The position numbers and the translations under genes are program-made. The notes under the pieces are model-generated. The model was not told where the DNA came from. It was given only the letters and a program-made list of their open reading frames with translations, and searched no databases. Source: Podarcis vaucheri (taxonomy: Eukaryota). From it: DNA of 64,000 nt. Location: NCBI GenBank assembly GCA_965113315.1, contig OZ220364.1; one strand, given 5' to 3'. Positions 13,101-26,187 of this stretch are shown here, one piece after another (the stretch's first letter is position 1; every line of letters starts with the position of its first letter).

Positions 13101-16100
13101 ATTTAAATTTGGTTTTTTTGTTTTTCACTGTTGATTGGCACAGGAATTACTTTCCTCTGTGGACATACAATGATTTGAATGTGCAATTCTTAATGCATAA
13201 TTATCTCGTTCATGCAAAGAAGGTATTTGTGAAAGGACTCGCCCATTTTCTAACCGGTACATAATCACAAGCTTCCCGGCTGTATTATGTGGTGATTGAA
13301 TGTGCGTGTGTAATGGTGATGTGTGTTGGGGTGAGTTCAGGAGGGCTCGGTTTCATTCTTTACTGAAATGTGACCATTTTATATAAGTAAGCCTTATGCT
13401 CCTGCATTGCATTGCTGGTTTTTATTGTCTTGTATTTCCTGGGATGCTAATGTATTTGTGCTCTTGGAATTCTAATGATGTCAAGTTCTCTCTCATATTT
13501 GTAATTGCCTTACTTTCAAGCCGCTAATCAGTTTGCTGTTATTGTGAATGCCACGTTTCCTCTCCAGGGCTTCTAAAGCTAGTCTGCACATTTTCTCCCC
13601 CTCTCTCTAAAAATCCAAAGCACAGCTATTGCACTCTGACATATAATCAGTGACCTGTTTAAAATTATTGATTTAAGCTGTTCAGAAATCAGACTTCATA
13701 AACTGGGCAGTTTTAATACAGATAATTGACTCTTGGCAGTTAGGTCCCGTTACCTTAGGCCAAAATAAAGCAGGGCAGGGAATGATAGTGTTGTTGATAC
13801 AATGCTACACAACATACACCTCTGTATGTCCTAATTGTTAAGAGATTCATGTCAAAGCCTCCATTGTTAGATGGGCCAAGTAATCCTTCTTCCATAGTTT
13901 CCCATCATCAGAATACCACTCTGTGAGCTCCAAGTACATGTGAAATGAAGTCAGAGAAAAGGGCCCCATGTCATGTGTCTTATAGTCTCCCTATATGGGG
14001 TTTTATATTGGTGGTAGTGTGCTGTGAATGGGAGTTGTTATGCCATATCCTATGCTCTGCCACAGCAATATTGGTAGGATGGAAGGTGACCGGAGGTGGC
14101 TACTTTGTTTTGGGAGGTAAATTCCTTACACCAGGTTGGCAGCTTGTCTAAAGCTTTGCAGCCATGTTCTGGGTGCATAGAAGATTTTGCATAAGTGTGC
14201 CCTTACGCTGTCCCATCCACAGCTCACCCCAATTTCATCAACATACTTTCACTGGTGAAATAGCTCTGCAAGCAGAGTATTCTACAGGTATGTCAGAGGA
14301 TTTCTACTGGCAGATCTGTCAGGACAGTAGCATATTTTGAGTTCCACCAGCATAATTAGGCTTCTGCCACTTCACAATATACCTCTGCTGGTGGATCGGA
14401 CTCCACCCTGAAAGTCTCACATAATTGATCAGTAATCAGCAAAAGTACGTAGTTCTAATTTCAAAGTCTGGGTTCCTTTTAATGCTGGGAATGTGTATTT
14501 TTGACTGCTCGCTGTGACTAGGAAGTAGGATTGGGGGATAGGAATTGCACAGGTGGAAGGTTTGCCAACTTGAAGTCTTATTCCTGAATTTAAAGTGGAG
14601 GGGGGAAAGATATTGGCAGAACATGTTTATAGTCATAAAATGGAAGGGATTTATAGCCAACAATTAAGCTATTAAAATAACCATTAGGATTCTATTCTCC
14701 TCTGAGATTACAATATTGACTCACTTTTCTCCCCTTAGAGAATGTGGGAATTCTTTCACTTCATATGTGAGGACTTGACAGAGAATGAGAGAACAGGTAC
14801 ACAGGCAGGAGGATGAAAGGGAGATTTTTCTTCCACTGTTAGCCCCGTAGACTAACAATGGCACCCAGTAGAGATAGAGAAAACTCAAGGGTTGGAAGCT
14901 TAGAAGCCGCAACACTCCATGCTCTTTTGCTCTTGGATGTAACACATTCAGAATTAAAGATAGCTCCAGGGACTGGAAAAGAAACCAACAATCTGTACTT
15001 TGTCCAAAGCAGTTGTGGATTTGAGCCAAAAGAGAAGCGCACAATGGAGGTTTCTTCTGATATTATGGAACGTAGCAGTTACAAACAAATGCAGATGGCC
15101 CACACTGCCATGCTTCCACATCTTTCCTCCTTCATTCAGAATAAAAGGTTCAGATTTATATTGTAAGCCACTCTGTGATCCGTGGTATAGAAATGAAATA
15201 AATAAATAACTTTTCCAAATGAGAATATGCCTGTACCTGTCCCTGAGAATGGAGGGAGAATGCAGAGGTTTGGCTTTGCATGATAAAAGAGAAGTGCAGG
15301 GTATTTGTACTCCTCTCTGCCTGCCACCCATGTCCCATGATGATGGAGGTTTATTGCCTGCTAAAATAAGGAAATATGTACATAGGCCACAAATGCACCC
15401 CTGATTGCCTATTGGCAGGAGGTGTGACTTCACTGTCCTATTTCTTGTTCCTAGAAGAGCAGCAAATACAGCTTAGTCAAAATACCACTGCTTGCCCTTC
15501 AAGTCATTCCAGAACTTGGGTGTTGTGTAAATGTACCATATATTCCAGTTGTGCAGCCTGACCCCCCCCCCCCGCACTTTTTTGCAAATAGTGTCCTTCC
15601 TGTCATTTTTACTATAGCTGTTCTGCTACTGCTCACTGAACTACATTATAGGGCCGGCTCTCAAACATAAAGAAACCCATTAAACATGCTCTATGGACTT
15701 GAACAGTTCACCTTGTTACATTTGAGTCCTGATCCCTGCAATTATTTCCTCTCTTTTTTAATAAGATGGTGCCAGATTTTAAAGAAAGAGCTGGAAAAGT
15801 GGTTGTATACCTTTGCTACATACTTCATAAGTACAAGAGAAAAAGTCAACAGTAGGTGTAGCATAACAGCAACATTTCAGTGTAATCACTATGAGCAATA
15901 ATAATAATATATGTAGATTATAGAGTGTTTGGCTCTATAAATAATAATACAGACATTTGCCCTATCCTCAATTCTCAATGCAGTAGAGATGATAAAGGAA
16001 GAGGAGTTGAAGGTGAAGGTAAACAAGGGAAGGATATGTTTTAGTTCAGTTATAGGTACTTCAGCTTCACCACACTAGAGGATAAGAACTAAGAAGTTGT

Positions 16101-17698
16101 GCCAACAAAGTTGTTGTTAAGAATAATATTTATATCCTCCCCTTCCTCCTGAAGGAGCTCAATAAACACATCAGTGGTAGAACAATACAATAAAACAAAA
16201 TGAAAACAATCCTTGATTAAAAACAATTAAATATATCTGTATAAAAATAATTACAGGTGCAAATCAGCATAAAGATCTCCATTTAAAAGTCTAGTTGAAA
16301 GAAGAAGGAGATTTTTTTATGAAGGGTTTGAAGGAAGGATGTGCCATCAGAAATGTGTTCATTTTTATCAATGGTTAACTGTTGAAATGTTAAAAGAACA
16401 TATATCCAGCACAAGAAATCTTACATGCTACTGTAGCAGAGGTTCATTTAAATTCTTAACAGATTTGCAGAATCCTAGATATGCAAGCAGATGCTGTTAA
16501 TTTTTCTGGTAATGTGCACCAATAAAGAATAAACATTGATAGCCTTAAAATCAGTGAACCAATTTAGAATGGTTTATAATTTGTTTGCCATATGGCATTT
16601 TAAAAAGCATCATTACCCAAAAGGCAGAAACACTGGAAGTAATGGGATGCTTTTTGTACTGCAGAAATATGCTTTGAATTAAAAAATACTGGTCTCACTG
16701 AATGACCATTATTATTTCTAATAAGCAAGCAGATGGATACACTGAAAGAAGAAAACCTGTCTCGTAAATGAGACTATATCCAATTTCTCCAGAATGTTGG
16801 GTGCAAGAGATTATAGAACTGCCAGATATAATAGATGTAGGAGGTGCAAGTGTCATTCACCTATTTGGCAGGACCTTTCGAACTACATTTCCCACACGCT
16901 CCACGGCAGTTTCTGAAATTGCTCTAGTGAGGGTATACAAACATTTGTAATTAACCCCGAATAAGCAACCCAACCTCTCAAAGTTCACAGTTACATTAAA
17001 GCAAAATATCAACTTAAAAATGGCATGGTGCATGAATCTTCATTAATATCTTATTTCTGTATTGACTAAATACCAAGGATAGCATAAATGAAAAGGCTTG
17101 ATGTCACGATGGGTCTCAGTGGTTCAGCAGAATTGGCTGCTTCCATAAAGAGCTCTCTGAGACCCAGGCTAGACATACTAATTGGGACTGAGGAAGGGGA
17201 AGTTTAAGTCTTTCCTTTCTTGCCATAGTCCTGACAGAAATCACTCAGTGACCCAGTTTGCAAGTAATGCTAATGCTGAGCCAAACCCTGTCTCAGAGTG
17301 AATGAACAAATGAGAGGCTTACAGAGTGATATCATAGCTGCAGGACTCCTCCCCACAGTCTGACCGCTACCACATTACCCAAGGCTAACAATGGGTTGGC
17401 TTAGTGTTACTGAACTAGGCTTCACCAACATTAATTGCAGGGCTCCATACCTTAAAAACAACTTAGGTCAAACTAGGCATGGCAGTGGCTCAGTTTACAT
17501 GTAAAGCTAAGGCAGATCTTGTCTTAGTGCATGCAGGCTCCCAGAGAGATTATGATGCCTTTGCTGCTCCTCTGGTCCTCCTGCTGCTGTCAGCTAAGTC
17601 ATAGCCATTAGTGTGTTACCTGAACCCAAGTTTATGGTTTTGTCTTACACAGTCTTTGCTTGCCAGCTTTCTGTTTGATTGAATGTTGAACTCTAGAG

Positions 17699-17838
17699 CA
17701 TGGATAGCCAATGTAGCACCCTCCAGATGCTGTTGGACTACAACTCTCACCATCCCTGGCCATTGGTCATGCCGTCGGGGGCTGATGAGACTTACCGACT
17801 AACTACAGCATATGAGCGCATCGTTTCTGCTACTCCTG
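17699..17838. mobile_element. hAT-type MITE (~140 bp hairpin family)
   Basis: Exact 8-bp TSD ctctagag (17691-17698, 17839-17846); internal tccagatg...gactacaactc motif shared with 35021-35153. Confidence 0.8.
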
Positions 17839-17943
17839 CTCTAGAGCCTGTACCCTTAAGGAAGACCAACCAGTTCCCAATACCAATATTCCAACTGGTG
17901 AAAATCCTCATCCATTGTGTTTATGGTATTCTGATTAGATCCA

Positions 17944-18063
17944 CTAAGTTTGTTCTGGTATAAGCTTTCATGTGCATGCACACTTCTTCAGATACCTTCA
18001 GATGCTACTGGACAATTTTTTAGTCCCCTCTCCTGACTTCGTCAGACCAACACGGCTACCTAC
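17944..18063. mobile_element. Penelope-like element 3' remnant with internal inversion
   Basis: 13-bp direct repeat ctgattagatcca on both sides (17931-17943, 18064-18076); hammerhead motif on -; plus-strand end agaccaacacggctacctacc typical of squamate Penelope ends. Confidence 0.8.
17957..17996 (-). ncRNA. Minimal type I hammerhead ribozyme motif (Penelope-associated)
   Basis: Minus strand reads GGUAU-CUGAAGA-A-GUGUG(CAUG)CACAU-GAAA-GC-UU-AUACC: 5-bp stem I, 5-bp stem II, palindromic AGCU stem III. Confidence 0.7.
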
Positions 18064-19877
18064 CTGATTAGATCCAACATCTTTGTATCCTTTTCATGGC
18101 TCCACCTTTTGAACCTTTTCTCATTCTTCCCTAATTTTGAACAGCCACTCCTATTCATTTTACCAGGCCAACTCGTAACTCGTTATTTCTTGCTATTTGA
18201 TTTTCCACACCCTGTCATCAAAAATTATTCATTGCCTTTTAGCTCTGTGTTTTGTGCAGGAAGCAAATTCCATCTATGCATTCAGGTCATTATGCCTTCT
18301 TGTTCTCTCATGTGTGGAAGAGAAGAAGTGGCTGGCAGACACTTATGCCCCGTTTGCGGCACCTAGAGCTTTAACCCTCTATGCCTCTTGACACCCACAG
18401 CTAGGCAGTACAGCTGGTACTGCCTAAAAGGCCCAAGAATGCCAAAACTGTTCAGATTTTTAAAGGGCCAGTGAGCATGCAGTGTAGTAGATTATTCTCT
18501 CTTCCGGATATTGTCTTTTCCCCAAAAGGGGGGGGGCTGTTCTCAGACACAGGTATATACTATAGTAGCTCATCCTTTCTATTTTCACAAGATTCTTTTT
18601 TCCAAGAAGGAAGGATAATCATCAGAGATATCCAAGCATCCTTCTGCACAGAAACTCCTTTATGCTTCAGCTGGAAAATATGATTCATCCTCTGCTCCCT
18701 TGTTCTATTGGTATGCTAGCTGGTTTCTGGGCAGCCTTATATAAACTGGTGCATGTGAGACAGCAATATGCCCACTGGTCCAAGGAAGAAATGTCTCCAA
18801 GAAGCACGTTAAGGTATTTAGCATTGTATCAGCTGGGAGCCCCTGGCATCTGTGTACGATCATTAAAGCTTTTATCTACAAACACCTGAATGTAGATCAG
18901 TCCTTCCACTTTGCCATATGAAGTAAGAATAGGACCCACATCTTCCTAGTGTCTGACAGCTGAATTATGACCCACAAAATGGTTTCTCTCAGTACTTCTG
19001 GGGGGTGGGGGAGGGAGAGAAAGAGAAAGATGATGACTGGAGTTAATGAATATCCTTCCAGAAGGAGATAATGAGAGAATTGTGATGCAGGGCAAAATCA
19101 TGGAACCTGCAATTATTTTTGAAGGCTTCAATTTTCGTTTAGCCCTAGCCAAGATGTGCTTTTTGAGAAGCCACTCATAAATCCATTTTCTGGAATTGTT
19201 TATTTCTGTATCTATTTTGCTCCCCATAAATGTGCAGTTTCCTAAAATCTTTCTGTTATTTCTGTTTCACTTGGCAGATTTTCTGTTTGGCCACTTATAC
19301 CATCCCCCTCCCCCCAGTACTCTGGGTTTTGATGTTTATTAATAAGAGTGATTGCCCAATAAATCAGCTTTATTTTAATAGTGCTTGAATATGCAGAGAA
19401 CAATAACTGAAACTGTGAATGAAATGAAGTACTTAGCATTAAAAAATATAGTTGGAATAGCTGTAGGCTCTGACAAACCACATATGAGCAAAATCTATAA
19501 GGATGTCTTCCTGTATTATTTAATTCTTCAGTACGCCATATCAGAATGTCTCTGTGTTTGACTTGCCATCAGATTTGCAATTCAGTTTGACATTAACAGA
19601 GCAATCCTAACCCCAGCCAGGCAGCAGCAGGGTGTGACCAAGCAGCACAGCCTCGGCTGCATCCACCACTCTGCCGCTTACACTGGGGCTGGGGTAGAAG
19701 ACAAGGCAGGCAAACCAGGAGCGGACACAGCAGCTGAGCCCAATGATGGCATGGGATGGCAGAGGATCCAGCTCTGGGGATCCTATGTTGCCTTCCAACA
19801 TGCTCTGTTTGGGGGAATTCCTACAGGTTGCACACTGGGGAACAGAAGACAGCAGAGCTGTTTGGGGCTGGGTAGAG

Positions 19878-20419
19878 CAGAGGTCGACAAATTTTTTTAG
19901 CCGCAGGCCGGCCGACTGTCCCTTGTGGTGGGCCGGAGAAGCGGCACCAGTGGAGGGGTAGCTGGAAGAAGAGGCGAAGAAGTAGTCCTCTCCCCACCCC
20001 CCAGCCCCAGCCACTGTGCTTACCTTCCCTGGGGCTACCACCACTACCACCACCACTGCTTCATGTGGGTAGGCAGAGCGAGCTCGGCCGCTCCGCTCTC
20101 TGGGCCACAGGAGCACCAGGACGGCAGTTGCGGAGGGAAGATTAGCGGTGCGAAAGGGCTGGATCCGGAGAAGGGCTGCTTAAAATGGCGCACAGTCAGG
20201 TTAGCCCAGCCCCCTTCCTCCTCTAGGCAGGGTGGGAAGAAGGAAGGAGGAAGGAGGTGCCGCCGTGGTGTGGGGGAAGGAATGGAATGGCGCAAGGGGA
20301 AAAAATGGCACAGCCTGAACGAACAGAATCCCCACGCCGATCCACAGACAGTCTGTGGACCGGGTCCTGAAAGCATTTTGGCCTGATCCGGCCCACAGAC
20401 CTTAGTTTGCTGACCCCTG
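19878..20419. mobile_element. Non-autonomous hAT transposon, GC-rich
   Basis: TIRs cagaggtcgacaaa / tttgctgacccctg; exact 8-bp TSD gggtagag (19870-19877, 20420-20427). Confidence 0.85.
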
Positions 20420-22357
20420 GGGTAGAGGGAGATTTCCACCCCATCAAATCCTGTGATAGCAGGAAGCCATGAGTTTAATTTCATATGGTGGTGGGATAAA
20501 AAGTTGGGGGGGAAATCAGGATCTATAGGGTCAGGTTCAAATGATGAATTTCAGCAGCAGAAGTCCACACAATGACTTCTGCTTGTGCAGTGGGTCTCCC
20601 CACCCCAGAGGTATAGGATTGCAATGTAAATATGTATTGTATACTAGTGAAAATTGAATTAAAGTTGCAATTAGGAAACATTAAGCACCAGTATTGAAAC
20701 TGTCAGGCACCGGTATTTTGAGGAGTGTAATAATATTGCAAAGTATTATTGGCATCATCCAACCAAAGTTTATAAACAGCTTATGCTTAACCCTGTCATT
20801 GAAATTAATTGAAATTAAAAATGCTTAATTTTGGCTGTCTCAAGATTTATATATTCAGATGAGACACAAGATCTGTATAATTTGTGTTAACTTTCTGCTT
20901 TGATTTTTACATTCAATTTTCTGTGTGTGACCTTACTTAACCCAGAGTGTCTGTGTCTCAATTTGCTCATAATTAAAACAGAGGGTAATACTTAGGCTTG
21001 CACTCAGAAATAAAACACTGTGAAGTAAAATACTCCTGTTAAGTGGAGGGACATTATTTTAATGCTGTGCATATTTTTAGATTATAGATTCTGAAAATAG
21101 ATGAAAAGCCTGATTAGAAACACAATGGTAATTTTAAATACCTAAATTGCCTTTGTGTCACACAGTATGATGTGCTATAAAGATTTATTTAGATTTTTTA
21201 TTTATTTACTGTCTACATTTTTTATTAGAACAATAAATGAAGAGGTGAAATGATTTGGATGGTGAGGCAGCCAACATTTCGTTTAATATCCAGCCTGATC
21301 TTGATAGATTACCTTACTCATTTAGTATGCCTTTCATTGCAAAATAACACCATTACCACTTAAATAAATTTGCATTTCTTTTCTTGAACTAACAATGAGA
21401 AAATATCATTTTTTAAAGTATTTTTGGTGACAACTTCTACAACTTTCATGTTGTAATAATTTGAAGTGTCCAAGGAAAAGAAAGGCAAACCAAGATTACA
21501 ATAAAAAGCTCGGATAACCCTTTCAACTATTAGACGTCCAGGTGCTATTTTAACACAGTGCAATTTGTTTTAATGCAAGCAGTAATGACGATAACTGCAA
21601 ATCACTGCATCAAGAAGCTTTTAGAGACTGAGCGCATGAAACAGAGGTCAAATGTTCTATTTCCCGTTGTGAATTTTACATGAGTTTAATACATTGGCAT
21701 TTTCAGTACTGAAACCTGTGAAATACTGGCCAATACTTCAAAGGCACAATCTAATAGAGCCTCATAAAAATTGGACTTTAAATGTGCAGATAATTTCCTC
21801 TTATATTTTCATTTGCATGGACCACATTGCATGTGCAAATAAAGCGTTTCCCTGCTTTCACATTCATATAGATGTATCCATTGAAGTTTTGTCCTCTAAT
21901 ATGATCAGTGCAGTTAGTGTCTGGAACACAGCGGAGGGAAAGAATTGGCAGCTCCAGCAGCATTAATGGTGATATCCGTCTTGCCCACAAAACAATGGAG
22001 ACTGCCCGTCCAAACTAGGTGCACATCTGCCCATTTCCCTACTCTCCTCTCGTACAGAAGTTGAGTTTGATGCCAGCAAGTAACACTGTGGGTTCCCAGA
22101 AGAAGCAGAATCACCGTGTTGGATAGAGGTACCTGGACTGGGAAACCACCACTCCCACCCACCATAACTGGACAAAATACCAACATAAATCTACTGTCGC
22201 TTTGCTTCTTAAAGCTGCAGACAATACACAATTTTTGTAGAACATGCTTGATAAATTAAGAGTCTTGCCACAAATGTGTAGCATGGATAGATTGTGTAGT
22301 GCATTACAAATGAACTTTTGATCATATTATTACTTAAAAAATGCAGTAAGGCACATT

Positions 22358-22613
22358 AGAGCCAGTGTGGTGTAGTGGTTAAGAGCGGTAGTCACGTAAT
22401 CTGGGAAACCGGGTTCGTGTCTCCGCTCCTCCACATGCAGCTGCTGGGTGACCTTGGGCCAGTCACACTTCTGTGAAGTCTCTCAGCCCCACTCACCTCA
22501 CAGAGTGTTTGTTGTGGGGGAGGAAAGGAAAGGAGATTGTTAGCCGCTTTGAGACTCCTGAAGGGGAGTGAAAGGCGGGATATCAAATCCAAACTCTTCT
22601 TCTTCTTCTTCTT
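22358..22613 (+). mobile_element. Young tRNA-derived SINE (Squam3/POM-like), copy A
   Basis: A-box tggtgtagtggttaa, B-box-like gggttcg, (ctt)n tail; four related copies in the window. Confidence 0.9.
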
Positions 22614-22989
22614 AAGTATTGCGCTCAGTGGGTTATACAATTAGCTCAAAGTGGAGATTCATGATGTGTTTATCTTGCCATAGTTGCAAATATTTTTATT
22701 TTCAAAAAACAAATACACAATGGACTTCATTCTGTTCACAGGATGGGTGGCCAGCAGAAGAATTTGTTGCATGGAACTGACTTCTTCTCATGTAACCCTA
22801 TCTTCAAGTTATAAAGTAATGTGGCTGACAGTGAAATCTGTGTCATATTATATATTTAAGCTGTATTTAGAGCTAAGGGAAAGTTGGCAGTTCTCAGTAG
22901 TGTATGGATTTTATGTCTTATAAGACTGTGGCTCAATACAACTTCAAAACAGACCCTGCCTAAAATGTTTGTTTCAAACCAGTGCATTT

Positions 22990-23470
22990 CCATTGTCTAG
23001 TACATATCAAAAGCAATGCACAATCTTCTCAGGATCTGATATGCAGTTGGTGACTCTTAAGAATGCTGGCCTGTGATGACAGTTGGAAGACCCTGGTGCA
23101 TAATATAGAAGGGGCATTGCCCATAAGCTGTCCATCTTCTTTGATGATAGATAGCTGAAGAATCTATTCCAAGATTGGCAAGCCCTGCCACAGTTCTTCC
23201 ATCTGTGTATTTCATTGGAAAAACCATGAACAATGCTTTGCTTTCTTGTGCTCACTTCTGTGCTAAAATTGTAGGGGTAATTTCTCATCATAATTTTGAG
23301 TGCCAGCCCAGTGCCTGTAATGCCAGATGTTTCTGTTACTCGCCAGACTTTTCCACTCATTGGTGTCAAATTCTTTTAAGTCACTTTTACAAACATCCTT
23401 ATATCAGTCAGAGCATTGAGGTCTGACTGGCTGGGCATATGGCAGGTGTATAATTGCTTCAGAACATGCA
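22990..23470 (-). mobile_element. Old RTE-clade LINE 3' fragment
   Basis: Minus strand near 23310-23375 reads DTNEWKSLASNRNIW, resembling the RTE C-terminal WExLAxDRxxW motif. Boundaries approximate. Confidence 0.5.
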
Positions 23471-23763
23471 CAAAGTAGAGAGTTGTGAAACATCCCAGAG
23501 AAATTTCACTAGAAGACCAGCTTGCATACATCTCTAGAATTGGCATAGTGAGTAGTGTGTCAGATTACAAATCTTATATGGTTCTATTGACCTAAATTTA
23601 CAGTACACAAATTGGGGCGTGTGAATCGTGTTTCATACTATGTGCTTTATCAGTGAAAGGGCTAGCAAGACATAATATTTGAGAAGCTTTGCCAGAAACA
23701 ACGTTGTGCTGTATTTTTAGACCTTAAAAAATGAAACTGTATCAACAGTTTGGTGCCAGCGTT

Positions 23764-24019
23764 AGAAGAAGAAGAAGAAGAGTTTGGATTTGATATCCCG
23801 CCTTTCACTCCCCTTCAGGAGTCTCAAAGCGGCTAACATTCTCCTTTCCCTTCCTCCCCCACAACAAACACTCCGTGAGGTGAGTGGGGCTGAGAGACTT
23901 CACAGAAGTGTGACTGGCCCAAGGTCACCCAGCAGCTGCATGTGGAGGAGCGGAGACGCGAACCCGGTTCCCCAGATTACGTGACTACCGCTCTTAACCA
24001 CTACACCACACTGGCTCTC
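23764..24019 (-). mobile_element. Young tRNA-derived SINE, copy B
   Basis: Reverse complement of copy A with about 5 substitutions. Confidence 0.9.
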
Positions 24020-25474
24020 AATACATACACCCCCCCCCTTTGTCCTTCACCCAGAGAAGCAAGAGGCATTCTGAGAGTTCGATTATATATTCCATCCAGG
24101 CAAAACCAGACTGTGTCAGTGTGGGGTATGGCCTGGAGAGAATTCTGAGGGCCAGAGCTGAAGGTCTGCATTTGGCCCCTGGCCCTGAGGTTTCCCACCA
24201 TTGAAATATATGCTAAAGTACATGATACATCTGTATTAGTTACATTCAGGCTTTCTCGTGTGTCAGTTTCTCAGATCAGATACACACAATCCCATTTTGT
24301 CAGTTTTCATTTGTTTGAATTACGAAACATCTAGTGATCTGCTTAAGAAAAAATGGTTAATTCACATTCTTTTTTTCTAGTTGCTATTGTAGTGGCAAAG
24401 CAGCTTATGCTTGAGAGTCATGGGTCGCCAAAACAGTGGAATAGCTGGTGTCCTTACAGTGATACTTTTCCCCATATAGCTCCCAGGGCATATAGTGAGC
24501 AGGTTAACCTTACAAAAAAGGATGCGGGTTGAACAAAGAGGTCACTGGAGCACTAAATCTTCATACCATAGTTTCCTAGTCTCCTCCTTGCTCAGCAAAG
24601 ACAGCACACACACTCTGCCATCCCTCAAAGGTTAATATTGTGCTGTACGTTCAAGATGTAAGACATGGCATTCAAAACAATTTTGAGAGCTAAGGTTTGG
24701 CTCAGATAGCACACCAGCTTGTTATCTAGACATGGAGGTCATATGCAAGCTTAGTGGCAATGGTATGCATTTAGCTGTACCAGGTCATACGTTTTATCAA
24801 CATATGTTCACGGTTTAAGTTAAAGGGCAGTCATTTGTGGTCATGACTAATGGTCTCAAAATAATAAGAAGTACAATTTAAGGATGCTCAGTGTAGATCA
24901 TTATTTTCTATCCACATTCACTGTCATGTTTTAAAGGCAATATTCACTTCAAAAAATGCTATAATTTAATGCACTGATGGTGATGCTGATTCAATTTTCT
25001 GCTTGTATAAATATCTTCCAAATCCCTTATTATGAAAGAACATGGTTGGCCCTAGGTATAAGAATTCTTTTTCTAATCACGGAAGCAACCAGAACTAATG
25101 ATTTGGTAATGACTCTGTCATTTGATAAACTGATCAATCTGACCTCATATACTGTACCGTGCCATTGTGTGTGCATCAATTAGTAGAAGGCATTAAATAA
25201 GACAAGATCTGTTAGTACTAAGCAGGATTAAAGGATTATTTAATGGGAGAGAAGCAATGAGGGTGAAATTATTTCAAACAATGAAGAAACCAGCTTGCTG
25301 AAAGCTAGGAATTGTAGCAAAACGTTGGTGAAGGCAATGACTTGCTTAGGTTTGAAGACGAACCTAGTTTTGATTCACTCATGTGCAATACCTTTTCATG
25401 TAAGAAAAACATAGCAAATTAATTTTGTTCATTAAAGTTGTAATGAAGAAAGTGTATGATCATCAGTGTGTAGC

Positions 25475-26187
25475 TGTCAGGGTGGTACGTTCCTCTCTTC
25501 ACCACAATCACCACTTCCACAAGGTGAGGTTTTATGGTCTTTATACACAAGTATTTACAAAAGTCATTACAAGCTCATCACCATTAGTCTGAGTCCGAGA
25601 GATCAGATACCCCCAATGATTTACGATTCTGTTTCCAGCATCTAAAGTGTGGGAACTTTACAACTCTTCTTTGACTCTGTCTCTTTTCCTCCTGCCTGGC
25701 TCCAGCAAACATAAAACTCCCTCCAACTCAGAGCTTAACCCTCACAGTGCCTGCGAGACTGCTTGCTCATCTGCCACTTCTTCCTGCTTCTCTGCCTGCA
25801 CCAACTCCAACCCTTCTCTGCTGGGTCCTGCTTCCCCCCACTGGCGGAGGAAGAGGAGGGCAGGGGGAGCACACCACCCCCGCAGCACGATCCCGGTGGG
25901 GTGCCATCGCGGCTGCCCCTCCCTCCACCTGTGCTGGGCACCACGCCCCCGCAGGTGGTGTGCCATGCCCCCAGGACGCATACCACGCCCCTACGGGTGG
26001 CACACCATGCCCCAGAACGCACACCCCACCCCGCCCCTGCCTGCTCTCTGCCCCCCGGTGCCAGGGCGTAAAGCTCCGCCACTGCTTCCTTCTCCTCTGT
26101 ACCCACACTTTCCTCTGCTGCTTCTGGCTCTTGCCAAATGTTGTCTTCCATGTCTGGGGTCTCTGGAGCTCTGACTCAGCCCTGACA
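25475..26187. mobile_element. Solo LTR
   Basis: Perfect terminal inverted 8-mer tgtcaggg...ccctgaca; exact 5-bp TSD gtagc (25470-25474, 26188-26192). Confidence 0.85.
25839..26084. mobile_element. GC-rich hAT-type MITE nested in the solo LTR
   Basis: TIRs cactggcggag / ctccgccactg; imperfect 8-bp TSD cttccccc/cttccttc; internal repeats of caccacgcccc. Confidence 0.75.

Noticed and set aside
14721-15561. Group of ORFs up to 159 aa
   Set aside because: No recognisable homology, no convincing splice-site framing, and random-like composition.
19607-20484. Cluster of 70-170 aa overlapping ORFs
   Set aside because: They overlap a GC-rich hAT insertion where stop codons are rare on both strands; low-complexity products with no recognisable domain.
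22358-22430. tRNA gene-like A/B boxes (also at 4455, 51715, 53865, 60593)
   Set aside because: These are SINE heads that continue into SINE bodies; no complete cloverleaf.
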